A DNA stretch of 31,735 nt from contig NIVC01004913.1 of assembly GCA_002269645.1 (NCBI GenBank), positions 1 through 31,735 of the forward strand, written 5' to 3'. Made by a program: the position numbers and the translations under genes. The notes beneath the pieces were generated by a model. The model did no database searches. It had not been told where the DNA came from and worked only from the letters and a program-made list of their open reading frames with translations. Position 1 is the first letter of the stretch, and each line of letters begins with the position of its first letter. This DNA is from Macrostomum lignano. Taxonomy: Eukaryota. Positions 11,520-25,096 of the stretch are shown here, one piece after another.

Positions 11520-12785
11520 AAAGGGGAAGAACTCCCATCACCGGAATTCTATTCCCTGAAATATCCATCAACTGAAATTCCATGTCTTTAACCCTATCTT
11601 CCAAATCGTCTCCAAATTCTTTACAAAATCTTTCAAAGACCATAGCTCAAAGACTCTCAAGTCTCTCATATCTCCTCTCTCCTCTCTCTCATCTCATCTC
11701 TACCCCTGCTCCCTTATTTATCTCTTCTCCCTCGTCTTTCGTCTGTACCTTCTCCTGTCTTCTGTCTCCTCTCTTCACTCTTATCTCTCCCTCTTCTCTC
11801 CTCTCTCATATGTCATCTCTACTCACTTATCTATCGTCTCTCTTAACCCTCTCTCTCTCTTCTCTTTTCTCTTCTCTCTGCTCTCATTTCTCATATTTCA
11901 TATACGCTCTGACACTACTTTCTTGTCTCCCATCTTTCTTCCTCCTTTTCACTATCCCCTGTCTCTTCTCTTCTCTCTTTTCTATTCTCTCCATTCTCTC
12001 TTTTCTCCTTTCCTTGCTCCTTTCATCTCTCTCCTCTCTCCTCACTCTCTTCTCCTTTCGCTTCTCTCTCCTCTCTCTCCTCTCATCTTTACTACCTTAT
12101 TTATATCTTCTCCCTAGTCTTTCGTCTGTACTCTCTCCTGTCTCCTCTCTCCCCTCCTCTCTCATCCCTCATCTCCTCATCTCACTCTTTCTTTCTCCTC
12201 TACTCTCCCCTCTCTTCTATTGCCTCTGTACGCTCTTATCCCTCATCTATTCTCTCTCCTATCATCTCCAATCTGTCATGTCTAATCTCTCCACTCAATT
12301 ATACTCTGTTTTCTATCATCTCTTCTCTCTTCTCTTTTCAGTCTTCTCTTTACTCTCTTCTCTGACTGATTGAAGATGCCAAATCCATCAAGATCCTCTC
12401 CGCGAAGCAAAAATCCTGTCTGTGCAACTAAAAACCATCGAAATCCTCTCAGTGAAACTGGACTCCTTCGAAATCCTCTCCTTGAAACTTAAATCCATCA
12501 AAATTGTTTCCATAAAACAGAAATCAATCATAAATTATCTCCGCGAAACAGAAAGCCTCTCCGTGAAGCTGAACATGATCGAAATCCTCTCCGTGAAACT
12601 GAACACCATGGAAATCCTTTCGTGAAACTGAACATCATCGAAATCCTTTCGTGAAACTGAACATCATCGAAATCCTCTCCACGAAACAGAAATCTTCTCC
12701 GTCAGAATTTAAACATTGAAATCGTCTCCGCTAAACTTGACTTAATCGAATTTTTTCCGTCAAACAACTCAACTCGCCAGATTCA

Positions 12786-12825
12786 TTAGGGTTAGGGTTA
12801 GGGTTAGGGTTAGGGTTAGGGTTAG
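12786..12825 (+). repeat. Interstitial (TTAGGG)6
   Basis: Read directly. Confidence 0.95.
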
Positions 12826-13749
12826 AACTACGCACAGCTTCGTGTTAAAAGGCACAGATAAAAATATTGAACTAATTGAATCAATTCATTGCGCAACCGA
12901 TTTCACAGTCAGTCAGTATCAGCCTCAGGTAAAGTTAACAAAAACATTGCGCAATCTAAATCAACCCTCCAATACACAGCAGCAGTGAGAAGTTGAACCC
13001 TCCCCCCAACAATCTTTGCAGATTAAAGTACAATCTTTGCAGAAAGTTAAAAGTATGGAAATAGTTTTTCAAATGCTGTGCTTTTTCTTTTCATATTTAA
13101 AGCAAACAACTTATATCCCCGAACTCAGCGTTGCAAGATCTTTCCAGCAATATAAGTTTCTCCTCTCAAAGTTTAAAACTCGAGGAACAGTTAGCGTTTG
13201 AAACTGTCTGATTTATAGCATTGAAGTATCGAGTGTACGTTCACTGCCTGCTTGCAAGTTGATGCATTGAATTTCAATGTCCAACAAATACACAGGACTG
13301 CCCATTGAAAGGCAGGAAAACTTATCAGTAGCCATATCATTGCGCAATTATCTATACAGTCAGCCAGTGAGCCAGGGTCCGTGTACACACGCAGCCATGA
13401 GAACGCCCCATCCCCCCACTGGAGAGAAAATACACTGCAGAGATAGGGAAAAGTTGTGGCGCAATCACTAAATTCATGCATTTTCAGCTCCAAGCAGAAA
13501 GAGGGGACAATTAAGATTATCAAAGGTCAAGATTCAAGTTTTCTGCTTTTTTGAGGATCTTAGAAATTAAAATTTCAGAATTAAAATAGCCTATAGCCGA
13601 CCTCGGATAATTTCCAATCTTCCCATATAAGTTTCAACGCTGAGTTGGCACTATTCAAGGAGGAGTTGTCGAAATGACAGACAGACATACAGACAGACAT
13701 ACAGACAGACAAACAACGCGTCAACTTTAGTATATATAGACGAGTGGAA

Positions 13750-13766
13750 CTCCTCCTTCGGAGGAG
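13750..13766 (-). terminator. Helitron-type 3' hairpin
   Basis: Identical 17-mer followed by TTCCACTCG|TC. Confidence 0.8.
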
Positions 13767-15002
13767 AAAGGGAAGAACTCCCATCACCGGAATTCTATTC
13801 CCTGAAATATCCATCAACTGAAATTCCATGTCTTTAACCCTATCTTCCAAATCGTCTCCAAATTCTTTACAAAATCTTTCAAAGACCATAGCTCAAAGAC
13901 TCTCAAGTCTCTCATATCTCCTCTCTCCTCTCTCTCATCTCATCTCTACCCCTGCTCCCTTATTTATCTCTTCTCCCTCGTCTTTCGTCTGTACCTTCTC
14001 CTGTCTTCTGTCTCCTCTCTTCACTCTTATCTCTCCCTCTTCTCTCCTCTCTCATATGTCATCTCTACTCACTTATCTATCGTCTCTCTTAACCCTCTCT
14101 CTCTCTTCTCTTTTCTCTTCTCTCTGCTCTCATTTCTCATATTTCATATACGCTCTGACACTACTTTCTTGTCTCCCATCTTTCTTCCTCCTTTTCACTA
14201 TCCCCTGTCTCTTCTCTTCTCTCTTTTCTATTCTCTCCATTCTCTCTTTTCTCATTTCCTTGCTCCTTTCATCTCTCTCCTCTCTCCTCACTCTCTTCTC
14301 CTTTCGCTTCTCTCTCCTCTCTCTCCTCTCATCTTTACTACCTTATTTATATCTTCTCCTTAGTCTTTCGTCTGTACTCTCTCCTGTCTCCTCTCTCCCC
14401 TGCTCTCTCATCCCTCATCTCCTCATCTCACTCTTTCTTTCTCCTCTACTCTCCCCTCTCTTATATTGCCTCTGTACGCTCTTATCCCTCATCTATTCTC
14501 TCTCCTATCATCTCCAATCTGTCATGTCTAATCTCTCCACTCAATTATACTCTGTTTTCTATCATCTCTTCTCTCTTCTCTTTTCAGTCTTCTCTTTACT
14601 CTCTTCTCTGACTGATTGAAGATGCCAAATCCATCAAGATCCTCTCCGCGAAGCAAAAATCCTGTCTGTGCAACTAAAAACCATCGAAATCCTCTCAGTG
14701 AAACTGGACTCCTTCGAAATCCTCTCCTTGAAACTTAAATCCATCAAAATTGTTTCCATAAAACAGAAATCAATCATAAATTATCTCCGCGAAACAGAAA
14801 GCCTCTCCGTGAAGCTGAACATGATCGAAATCCTCTCCGTGAAACTGAACACCATGGAAATCCTTTCGTGAAACTGAACATCATCGAAATCCTCTCCACG
14901 AAACAGAAATCTTCTCCGTCAGAATTTAAACATTGAAATCGTCTCCGTTAAACTTGACTTAATCGAATTTTTTCCGTCAAACAACTTAACTCGCCAGATT
15001 CA

Positions 15003-15036
15003 TTAGGGTTAGGGTTAGGGTTAGGGTTAGGGTTAG
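15003..15036 (+). repeat. Interstitial (TTAGGG)5
   Basis: Read directly. Confidence 0.95.
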
Positions 15037-16872
15037 AACTACGCACAGCTTCGTGTTAAAAGGCACAGATAAAAATATTGAACTAATTGAATCAATTCAT
15101 TGCGCAACCGATTTCACAGTCAGTATCAGTCTCAGTTAAATTTAACCAAAAGATTGCGCAATTTAAATCAACCCTCCAGTACACAGAGACCGACCCCTTT
15201 TCAATACGCTGTGGCAGTTAGAAATTGAACCCCCATCTGTTGGGGCATTGAACCAAAAAATGAGTACAATCTTTGCATAAAGCTAAAAGTATGGAAATAG
15301 TTTTTTTGATGCTGCTCTTTTAGTCTTTATATTGAAAGCTAACAATTTATATCCTCGAACTCAGCGTTGCAAGATCTTTTCAGCAGTATAAGTCTCTTCT
15401 CTTAAAGTTTAGAACTCGAAGAGCAGTTAGCGTTTGAAAGTTTCCGTTTTAAAGCATTAAAATATCGAGTGTACGTTCACTGCCTGCCAAAGAGGCTCGC
15501 AAGTTGATTCATTCATTACACAGGCCGGCTATTACACAGGGCAGCGTATTGAAAGGCACAGATAATAAAACAAATTGATGGTGCAACCGATTTCACAGTC
15601 AGTCAGTATCAGTCTCAGTTAAAGTTAACAAAAACATTGCGCAATCTAAATCAACCCTCCAATACACAGCAGCAGTGAGAAGTTGAACCCTCCCCCAACT
15701 TTATCTATTACGTCTCGCAAAACTGAGCACAATTTTTGCAGAAAGTTAAAAGCATGGAAATAGTTTTTTCAATGCTGTGCTTTTTCTTTATATTTAAAGC
15801 AAACAACTTATATCCCCGAACTCAGCGTTGCAAGATCTTTCCAGCAATATAAGTTTCTCCTCTGAAAGTTTAAAACTCGAGGAACAGTTAGCGTTTGAAT
15901 TTACCAATTTCCCGACTACTTGCTAGAGAAGCTCGCAAGTTTATTCATTGAATTTCACTGCCAAACTAATACACAGGGCCGATAATAAAAAATGAACCAA
16001 TTGAATCAATTGATTGTGCAATATATTTCTGTGTTAGTCAGTATCAGTCTCAGTTAAAGTTAACAAACAGATTGCGCAATCTAAATCAACCCTCAAATAC
16101 ACACCGACCGACCTCCTAACTGTTGGGGGTCGGTCGAACGCCATTGAAATCCTAAAATGAGTACAATCTTTGCAGAAAGTTTAAAGTATGGAAATAGTTT
16201 TTGCAATGCAGAGCTTTTAGTTTTCATATTTAAGCAAACAATTTATATCCCTGAAATCAGCTTTGCAAGTTCTTTCCAGCAATATAAATTTTTTCTCTCA
16301 AAGTTAAAAACTCGAGCAACAGTTTGCGTTTGAAACTTTCTGATTTAAAGCATTGAAATATCGATTGTACGTTCACTGCCTGCTAAAGAGGCCCGCAAGT
16401 TTATGCATTGAATTTCAAGGTTCAACAAAATCACAGGGCTGCCTATTGAAAATTAGAACACAAATCTTTGCGCAATTGTCTATACAGTCAGCCAGTGAGC
16501 CAGGGTCCGATTGTACACATGCAGCCATTTAGAACGCCCCATCCCCCCACTGGAGAGAAAATACACTGCAGAGATAGGGAAAAGTTGTGGCGCAATCACT
16601 TGAAATTCATGCAAATTTTTCAGCTCCAAGCAGAAAGAGGGACAATTAAGATTATCAAAGGTCAAGACCGCCGTTTTCTGCTTTTTTGAGGATCTTAGAA
16701 ATTAAAATTTCAGAATTAAAATAGCCTATAGCCGACCTCGGATAATTTCCAATCTTCCCATATAAGTTTCAACGCTGAGTTGGCACTATTCAAGGAGGAG
16801 TTGTCGAAATGACAGACAGACACACAGACAGACAGACAAACAACGCGTCAACTTTAGTATATACGAGTGGAA

Positions 16873-16889
16873 CTCCTCCTTCGGAGGAG
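16873..16889 (-). terminator. Helitron-type 3' hairpin
   Basis: Identical 17-mer followed by TTCCACTCG. Confidence 0.78.
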
Positions 16890-17029
16890 AAAGGGGAAGA
16901 ACTCCCATCACCGGAATTCTATTCCCTGAAATATCCATCAACTGAAATTCCATGTCTTTAACCCTATCTTCCAAATCGTCTCCAAATTCTTTACAAAATC
17001 TTTCAAAGACCATAGCTCAAAGACTCTTA

Positions 17030-18140
17030 CGTCTCTCATATCTACTCTCTCCTCTCTTCGCTATTATCGTGACTCGCTTCTCTCTCCTCTCTCTCATCTC
17101 ATCTCTACCCCTACTCTCTTATTTATCTCTACTCCCTTATTTATCTCTTCTCCCTCGTCTTTCGTCTGTACCCTATCCTGTCTACTCTCCTATCTTCTAT
17201 CTTATCTCTCCCCTTTTCTCTCCTCTCTCATATCTAATCTCTAATCACTTATCTATCGTCTCCGCTCTACTTTCTCTCTTCTTTTTTCTCTCTTCTCTCT
17301 GCTCTCATTTCTCGTATCTCTTATACGCTCTCACCCTCTCCTTTCTTATCTCCCATCTTTCTTCCCTCCTTTCTACTGCATCACCTGTCTCCTCTCTTCT
17401 CTTTTCTCTCCTCTCCATTCTCTCTTCTCTACTCTCATCTCCCCTCATCTCTTCTCTAATCTCTAATCTCTTCTCTCTCTTATTTTCTCACTCATCTCTT
17501 TTCTCATTGCATCTCTCATCTCTCCTCTCTCTCTCTCCTCTCATCTGTACTATCTTTTTTATCTCTTCTCCCAGGTCTTTCAAATTTACTCTCTCCTGTC
17601 TCCTCTCTCCCCTCGTCTTTCCTCTCTCATATCTCTTCTCTACTCACTTATATATTCTCTCTCCTCTGCTCCCCTTTTACACTTTCCTATATGCTCTCAC
17701 TCTCACCCTCCCCTTTCTTATCTGCTGTTTTTACACTCCTTTCTACCACCTGTCTCCTCTCGTTTCTCTCCTCTCTGCACTCTCATCTTTACCCTCTTCT
17801 TTCTCCTCACTACTTTCTTCTCTTAAATCTCTGATCTCTGATCTTTCATCTCTCTCCTCTCACCTCTCACCTCTCTCCTCTCTTTCCTCTCTTCTATTGC
17901 CTCTGTACGCTCTTGTCCCTCCTTTCTTCTCCATCCTGTCTCCTCTCTGCAATCTCATATCTCCTCTCTCATATCCTCTCCCTTCATCTCCTCTCTCCTC
18001 TTCTCTTCTCTCTCCTTCGTTCCCGCCTTACTTTCCTCTTCTCTCCCATCTGTCATGTCTAATCTCTCCACTCATTTCTACTCTGTTTTCTATCATCTCA
18101 TCTCTCTTCTCTTTTCATTCTTCTCTTTACTCTCTTCTCT
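17030..18140 (+). repeat. CT-rich tract, long variant (copy at ~22490-23600)
   Basis: About 1.1 kb, near-identical to the U9 copy. Confidence 0.92.
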
Positions 18141-18169
18141 GACTGATTGAAGATGCCAAATCCATCAAG

Positions 18170-18620
18170 ATCCTCTCCGCGAAGCAGAAATCCTGTCCGT
18201 GCAACTGAAAACCATCGAAATCCTCTCCGTGAAACTGGACTCCTTCGAAATCCTCTCCTTGAAACTTAAATCCATCAAAATCGTCTCCATAAAACAGAAA
18301 TCAATCATAAATTATCTCCGCGAAACAGAAATCCTCTCCGTGAAGCTGAACATCATCGAAATCCTCTCCGTGAAACTGAACACCTTCGAAATCCTCTCCG
18401 TGAAACTGAACACCTTCGAAATCCTCTCCTTGAAACTTAAATCTATCAAAATCGTCTCCATAAAGCAGAAATCAATCATAAATTTAACTCCGCGAAACAG
18501 AAATCCTCTCCGTGAAGCTGAACATCATCAAAATCCTCTCCGTGAAACTGAGCACCATCGAAATCCTCTCCACGAAACAGAAATCCTCTTTGTCAAAATT
18601 AAAACATTGAAATCGTCTCC
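18170..18620 (+). repeat. Degenerate 30-bp minisatellite, consensus GAAATCCTCTCCGTGAAACTGAACA(T/C)C(A/T)TC; present in nearly all units just left of the TTAGGG tract
   Basis: Adjacent 30-bp copies at ~18358-18447 with 20-bp sub-variants (GAAATCCTCTCCGCGAAACA). Homologous blocks at ~140-420, 2330-2660, 4490-4645, 6990-7340, 9240-9560, 12385-12735, 14630-14950, 20535-20845, 23630-24080, 27785-27885. Confidence 0.9.
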
Positions 18621-18679
18621 GCTAAACTGGACTCAATCAATTTTTTCCGTCAAACAACTCAACTCTCCGGATTCATTGG

Positions 18680-18701
18680 TTAGGGTTAGGGTTAGGGTTA
18701 G
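18680..18701 (+). repeat. Interstitial (TTAGGG)3
   Basis: Read directly. Confidence 0.9.
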
Positions 18702-19645
18702 AACTACGCACAGCTTCGTGTTAAAAGGCACTGATAAACTATTGAACTAATTGAATCAATTCATTGCGCAACCGATTTCACAGTCAGTCAGTATCAGTCT
18801 CAGTTAAAGTTAACAAAAACATTGCGCAATCTAAATCAACCCTCCAATACAAAGCAACTGACCCCCTTCCTATACACAGCGCCAGTTGGAAGTCGAAACC
18901 CCCAACTTTATCTCTCACCTCTCGCCAAAATGAGTACAATCTTTGCAGAAAGTTTAAAGTATGGAAATAGTTTTTGCAATGCAGAGCTTTTAGTTTTCAT
19001 ATTTGAAGCAAACAATTTATATCCCTGAAATCAGCTTTGCAAGTTCTTTCCAGCAATATAAATTTTTTCTCTCAAAGTTAAAAACTCGAGCAACAGTTTG
19101 CGTTTGAAACTTTCTGATTTAAAGCATTGAAATATCGATTGTACGTTCACTGCCTGCTAAAGAGGCCCGCAAGTTTATGCATTGAATTTCAACGTTCAAC
19201 AAAATCACAGGGCTGCCTATTGAAAATTAGAACACAAATCTTTGCGCAATTGTCTATACAGTCAGCCAGTGAGCCAGGGTCCGATTGTACACAGGCAGCC
19301 ATTTAGAACGCCCCATCCCCCCACTGGAGAGAAAATACACTGCAGAGATAGGGAAAAGTTGTGGCGCAATCACTTGAAATTCATGCAAATTTTCAGCTCC
19401 AAGCAGAAAGAGGGGACAATTAAGATTATCAAAGGTCAAGACCGCCGTTTTCTGCTTTTTTGAGGATTTTAGAAATTAAAATTTCAGAATTAAAATAGCC
19501 TATAGCCGACCTCGGATAATTTCCAATCTTCCCATATAAGTTTCAACGCTGAGTTGCACTATTCAAGGAGGAGTTGTCGAAATGACAGACAGACACACAG
19601 ACAGACAGACAAACAACGCGTCAACTTTAGTATATACGAGTGGAA

Positions 19646-19662
19646 CTCCTCCTTCGGAGGAG
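19646..19662 (-). terminator. Helitron-type 3' hairpin
   Basis: Identical 17-mer followed by TTCCACTCG. Confidence 0.78.
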
Positions 19663-20906
19663 AAAGGGGAAGAACTCCCATCACCGGAATTCTATTCCCT
19701 GAAATATCCATCAACTGAAATTCCATGTCTTTAACCCTATCTTCCAAATCGTCTCCAAATTCTTTACAAAATCTTTCAAAGACCATAGCTCAAAGACTCT
19801 CAAGTCTCTCATATCTCCTCTCTCCTCTCTCTCATCTCATCTCTACCCCTGCTCCCTTATTTATCTCTTCTCCCTCGTCTTTCGTCTGTACCTTCTCCTG
19901 TCTTCTGTCTCCTCTCTTCACTCTTATCTCTCCCTCTTCTCTTCTCTCTAATATGTCATCTCTACTCACTTATCTATCGTCTCTCTTAACCCTCTCTCTC
20001 TCTTCTCTTTTCTCTTCTCTCTGCTCTCATTTCTCATATTTCATATACGCTCTGACACTACTTTCTTGTCTCCCATCTTTCTTCCTCCTTTTCACTATCC
20101 CCTGTCTCTTCTCTTCTCTCTTTTCTATTCTCTCCATTCTCTCTTTTCTCCTTTCCTTGCTCCTTTCATCTCTCTCCTCTCTCCTCACTCTCTTCTCCTT
20201 TCGCTTCTCTCTCCTCTCTCTCCTCTCATCTTTACTACCTTATTTATATCTTCTCCCTAGTCTTTCGTCTGTACTCTCTCCTGTCTCCTCTCTCCCCTCC
20301 TCTCTCATCCCTCATCTCCTCATCTCCTCATCTCACTCTTTCTTTCTCCTCTACTCTCCCCTCTCTTCTATTGCCTCTGTACGCTCTTATCCCTCATCTA
20401 TTCTCTCTCCTATCATCTCCAATCTGTCATGTCTAATCTCTCCACTCAATTATACTCTGTTTTCTATCATCTCTTCTCTCTTCTCTTTCAGTCTTCTCTT
20501 TACTCTCTTCTCTGACTGATTGAAGATGCCAAATCCATCAAGATCCTCTCCGCGAAGCAAAAATCCTGTCTGTGCAACTAAAAACCATCGAAATCCTCTC
20601 AGTGAAACTGGACTCCTTCGAAATCCTCTCCTTGAAACTTAAATCCATCAAAATTGTTTCCATAAAACAGAAATCAATCATAAATTATCTCCGCGAAACA
20701 GAAAGCCTCTCCGTGAAGCTGAACATGATCGAAATCCTCTCCGTGAAACTGAACACCATGGAAATCCTTTCGTGAAACTGAACATCATCGAAATCCTCTC
20801 CACGAAACAGAAATCTTCTCCGTCAGAATTTAAACATTGAAATCGTCTCCGCTAAACTTGACTTAATCGAATTTTTTCCGTCAAACAACTCAACTCGCCA
20901 GATTCA

Positions 20907-20940
20907 TTAGGGTTAGGGTTAGGGTTAGGGTTAGGGTTAG
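20907..20940 (+). repeat. Interstitial (TTAGGG)5
   Basis: Read directly. Confidence 0.95.
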
Positions 20941-22260
20941 AACTACGCACAGCTTCGTGTTAAAAGGCACTGATAAAAATATTGAATAATTGAATCAAAT
21001 CATTGCGCAACCGATTTCACAGTCAGTCAGTATCAGTCTCAGTTAAAGTTAACAAAAACATTGCGCAATCTAAATCAACCCTCCAATACACAGCAGCAGT
21101 GAGAAGTTGAACCCTCCCCCAACTTTATCTATTACGTCTCGCAAAACTGAGTACAATTTTTGCAGAAAGTTAAAAGTATGGAAATAGTTTTTTAAATGCG
21201 GTGCTTTTTCTTTTCATATTTAAAGCAAACAACTTATATCCCTAAACTCAGCGTTGCAAGATCTTTCCAGCAATATAAGTCTCTCCTCTCAAAGTTTAAA
21301 ACTCAAGGAGCAGTTAGCGTTTGAAATTTACCGATTTCCTGACTGCTTGCCTGTGAGGCTCGCAATTTTGTACATTGAATTTCACTGCCAAGCTAATACA
21401 CAGGGCCGATAATAAAAAAGCTAACCAATTGAATCAATTGATTGCGCAATATATTTCTGTGTTAGTCAGTATAAGTCTCAGTTAAAGTTAACACAAAGTT
21501 TGCGCAATCTAATCAACCCTCCAATACAAAGCAACTGACCCCCTTCCTATACACGCGCCAGTTAGAAGTCGAAACCCCCAACTTTATCTCTCACCTCTCG
21601 CCAAAATGAGTACAATCTTTGCAGAAAGTTTAAAGTATGGAAATAGTTTTTGCAATGCAGAGCTTTTAGTTTTCATATTTGAAGCAAACAATTTATATCC
21701 CTGAAATCAGCTTTGCAAGTTCTTTCCAGCAATATAAATTTTTTCTCTCAAAGTTAAAAACTCGAGCAACAGTTTGCGTTTGAAACTTTCTGATTTAAAG
21801 CATTGAAATATCGATTGTACGTTCACTGCCTGCTAAAGAGGCCCGCAAGTTTATGCATTGAATTTCAACGTTCAACAAAATCACAGGGCTGCCTATTGAA
21901 AATTAGAACACAAATCTTTGCGCAATTGTCTATACAGTCAGCCAGTGAGCCAGGGTCCGATTGTACACAGGCAGCCATTTAGAACGCCCCATCCCCCCAC
22001 TGGAGAGAAAATACACTGCAGAGATAGGGAAAAGTTGTGGCGCAATCACTTGAAATTCATGCAAATTTTCAGCTCCAAGCAGAAAGAGGGGACAATTAAG
22101 ATTATCAAAGGTCAAGACCGCCGTTTTCTGCTTTTTTGAGGATCTTAGAAATTAAAATTTCAGAATTAAAATAGCCTATAGCCGACCTCGGATAATTTCC
22201 AATCTTCCCATATAAGTTTCAACGCTGAGTTGCACTATTCAAGGAGGAGTTGTCGAAATG

Positions 22261-22296
22261 ACACACACACACACACACACACAGACAGACAGACAA
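22261..22296 (+). repeat. (AC)11 plus (AGAC)n microsatellite near the 5' end of U8; a GACA-type microsatellite of variable length lies at this position in every unit
   Basis: Read directly. Homologues e.g. 3600-3628, 6044-6073, 8286-8322, 25044-25072. Confidence 0.92.
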
Positions 22297-22333
22297 ACAA
22301 CACGTCAACTTTAGTATATATAGACGAGTGGAA

Positions 22334-22350
22334 CTCCTCCTTCGGAGGAG
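22334..22350 (-). terminator. Helitron-type 3' hairpin
   Basis: Identical 17-mer followed by TTCCACTCG|TC. Confidence 0.8.
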
Positions 22351-24139
22351 AAAGGGGAAGAACTCCCATCACCGGAATTCTATTCCCTGAAATATCCATC
22401 AACTGAAATTCCATGTCTTTAACCCTATCTTCCAAATCGTCTCCAAATTCTTTACAAAATCTTTCAAAGACCATAGCTCAAAGACTCTTACGTCTCTCAT
22501 ATCTACTCTCTCCTCTCTTCGCTATTATCGTGACTCGCTTCTCTCTCCTCTCTCTCATCTCATCTCTACCCCTACTCTCTTATTTATCTCTACTCCCTTA
22601 TTTATCTCTTCTCCCTCGTCTTTCGTCTGTACCCTATCCTGTCTACTCTCCTATCTTCTATCTTATCTCTCCCCTTTTCTCTCCTCTCTCATATCTAATC
22701 TCTAATCACTTATCTATCGTCTCCGCTCTACTTTCTCTCTTCTTTTTTCTCTCTTCTCTCTGCTCTCATTTCTCGTATCTCTTATACGCTCTCACCCTCT
22801 CCTTTCTTATCTCCCATCTTTCTTCCCTCCTTTCTACTGCATCACCTGTCTCCTCTCTTCTCTTTTCTCTCCTCTCCATTCTCTCTTCTCTACTCTCATC
22901 TCCCCTCATCTCTTCTCTAATCTCTAATCTCTTCTCTCTCTTATTTTCTCACTCATCTCTTTTCTCATTGCATCTCTCATCTCTCCTCTCTCTCTCTCCT
23001 CTCATCTGTACTATCTTTTTTATCTCTTCTCCCAGGTCTTTCAAATTTACTCTCTCCTGTCTCCTCTCTCCCTCGTCTTTCCTCTCTCATATCTCTTCTC
23101 TACTCACTTATATATTCTCTCTCCTCTGCTCCCCTTTTACACTTTCCTATATGCTCTCACTCTCACCCTCCCCTTTCTTATCTGCTGTTTTTACACTCCT
23201 TTCTACCACCTGTCTCCTCTCGTTTCTCTCCTCTCTGCACTCTCATCTTTACCCTCTTCTTTCTCCTCACTACTTTCTTCTCTTAAATCTCTGATCTCTG
23301 ATCTTTCATCTCTCTCCTCTCACCTCTCACCTCTCTCCTCTCTTTCCTCTCTTCTATTGCCTCTGTACGCTCTTGTCCCTCCTTTCTTCTCCATCCTGTC
23401 TCCTCTCTGCAATCTCATATCTCCTCTCTCATATCCTCTCCCTTCATCTCCTCTCTCCTCTTCTCTTCTCTCTCCTTCGTTCCCGCCTTACTTTCCTCTT
23501 CTCTCCCATCTGTCATGTCTAATCTCTCCACTCATTTCTACTCTGTTTTCTATCATCTCATCTCTCTTCTCTTTTCATTCTTCTCTTTACTCTCTTCTCT
23601 GACTGATTGAAGATGCCAAATCCATCAAGATCCTCTCCGCGAAGCAGAAATCCTGTCCGTGCAACTGAAAACCATCGAAATCCTCTCCGTGAAACTGGAC
23701 TCCTTCGAAATCCTCTCCTTGAAACTTAAATCCATCAAAATCGTCTCCATAAAACAGAAATCAATCATAAATTATCTCCGCGAAACAGAAATCCTCTCCG
23801 TGAAGCTGAACATCATCGAAATCCTCTCCGTGAAACTGAACACCTTCGAAATCCTCTCCGTGAAACTGAACACCTTCGAAATCCTCTCCTTGAAACTTAA
23901 ATCTATCAAAATCGTCTCCATAAAGCAGAAATCAATCATAAATTTAACTCCGCGAAACAGAAATCCTCTCCGTGAAGCTGAACATCATCAAAATCCTCTC
24001 CGTGAAACTGAGCACCATCGAAATCCTCTCCACGAAACAGAAATCCTCTTTGTCAAAATTAAAACATTGAAATCGTCTCCGCTAAACTGGACTCAATCAA
24101 TTTTTTCCGTCAAACAACTCAACTCTCCGGATTCATTGG

Positions 24140-24161
24140 TTAGGGTTAGGGTTAGGGTTAG
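24140..24161 (+). repeat. Interstitial (TTAGGG)3
   Basis: Read directly. Confidence 0.9.
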
Positions 24162-25043
24162 AACTACGCACAGCTTCGTGTTAAAAGGCACTGATAAACT
24201 ATTGAACTAATTGAATCAATTCATTGCGCAACCGATTTCACAGTCAGTCAGTATCAGTCTCAGTTAAAGTTAACAAAAACATTGCGCAATCTAAATCAAC
24301 CCTCCAATACAAAGCAACTGACCCCCTTCCTATACACAGCGCCAGTTGGAAGTCGAAACCCCCAACTTTATCTCTCACCTCTCGCCAAAATGAGTACAAT
24401 CTTTGCAGAAAGTTTAAAGTATGGAAATAGTTTTTGCAATGCAGAGCTTTTAGTTTTCATATTTGAAGCAAACAATTTATATCCCTGAAATCAGCTTTGC
24501 AAGTTCTTTCCAGCAATATAAATTTTTTCTCTCAAAGTTAAAAACTCGAGCAACAGTTTGCGTTTGAAACTTTCTGATTTAAAGCATTGAAATATCGATT
24601 GTACGTTCACTGCCTGCTAAAGAGGCCCGCAAGTTTATGCATTGAATTTCAACGTTCAACAAAATCACAGGGCTGCCTATTGAAAATTAGAACACAAATC
24701 TTTGCGCAATTGTCTATACAGTCAGCCAGTGAGCCAGGGTCCGATTGTACACAGGCAGCCATTTAGAACGCCCCATCCCCCACTGGAGAGAAAATACACT
24801 GCAGAGATAGGGAAAAGTTGTGGCGCAATCACTTGAAATTCATGCAAATTTTCAGCTCCAAGCAGAAAGAGGGGACAATTAAGATTATCAAAGGTCAAGA
24901 CCGCCGTTTTCTGCTTTTTTGAGGATTTTAGAAATTAAAATTTCAGAATTAAAATAGCCTATAGCCGACCTCGGATAATTTCCAATCTTCCCATATAAGT
25001 TTCAACGCTGAGTTGGCACTATTCAAGGAGGAGTTGTCGAAAT

Positions 25044-25075
<32 letters not shown>

Positions 25076-25096
25076 ACGCGTGAACTTTAGTATATG

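Larger units (their letters stand above)
11494..13740 (-). mobile_element. U5: non-autonomous Helitron-like unit, 2247 bp (near copy of U3)
   Basis: Intact termini. Shares the extra minisatellite copy and six TTAGGG with U3. Confidence 0.78.
13741..16863 (-). mobile_element. U6: non-autonomous Helitron-like unit, 3123 bp (near copy of U4)
   Basis: 3 modules; the CT tract translates identically to U4. 5' end variant TATATACTAAAG. Confidence 0.75.
16864..19636 (-). mobile_element. U7: non-autonomous Helitron-like unit, 2773 bp, long CT-tract variant
   Basis: Hairpin plus CTCG at 16864; 5' variant TATATACTAAAG; 1 module. Confidence 0.75.
19637..22324 (-). mobile_element. U8: non-autonomous Helitron-like unit, 2688 bp, 2 modules
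   Basis: Intact 5' TC at 22324; hairpin plus CTCG at 19637. Confidence 0.78.

Noticed and set aside
13375-13790. Single-base indels distinguishing near-identical copies (e.g. homopolymer differences at ~13770, ~16620-16640 and 10740 versus 16125)
   Set aside because: They cannot be distinguished from long-read consensus error without the reads, so they were not used as evidence.
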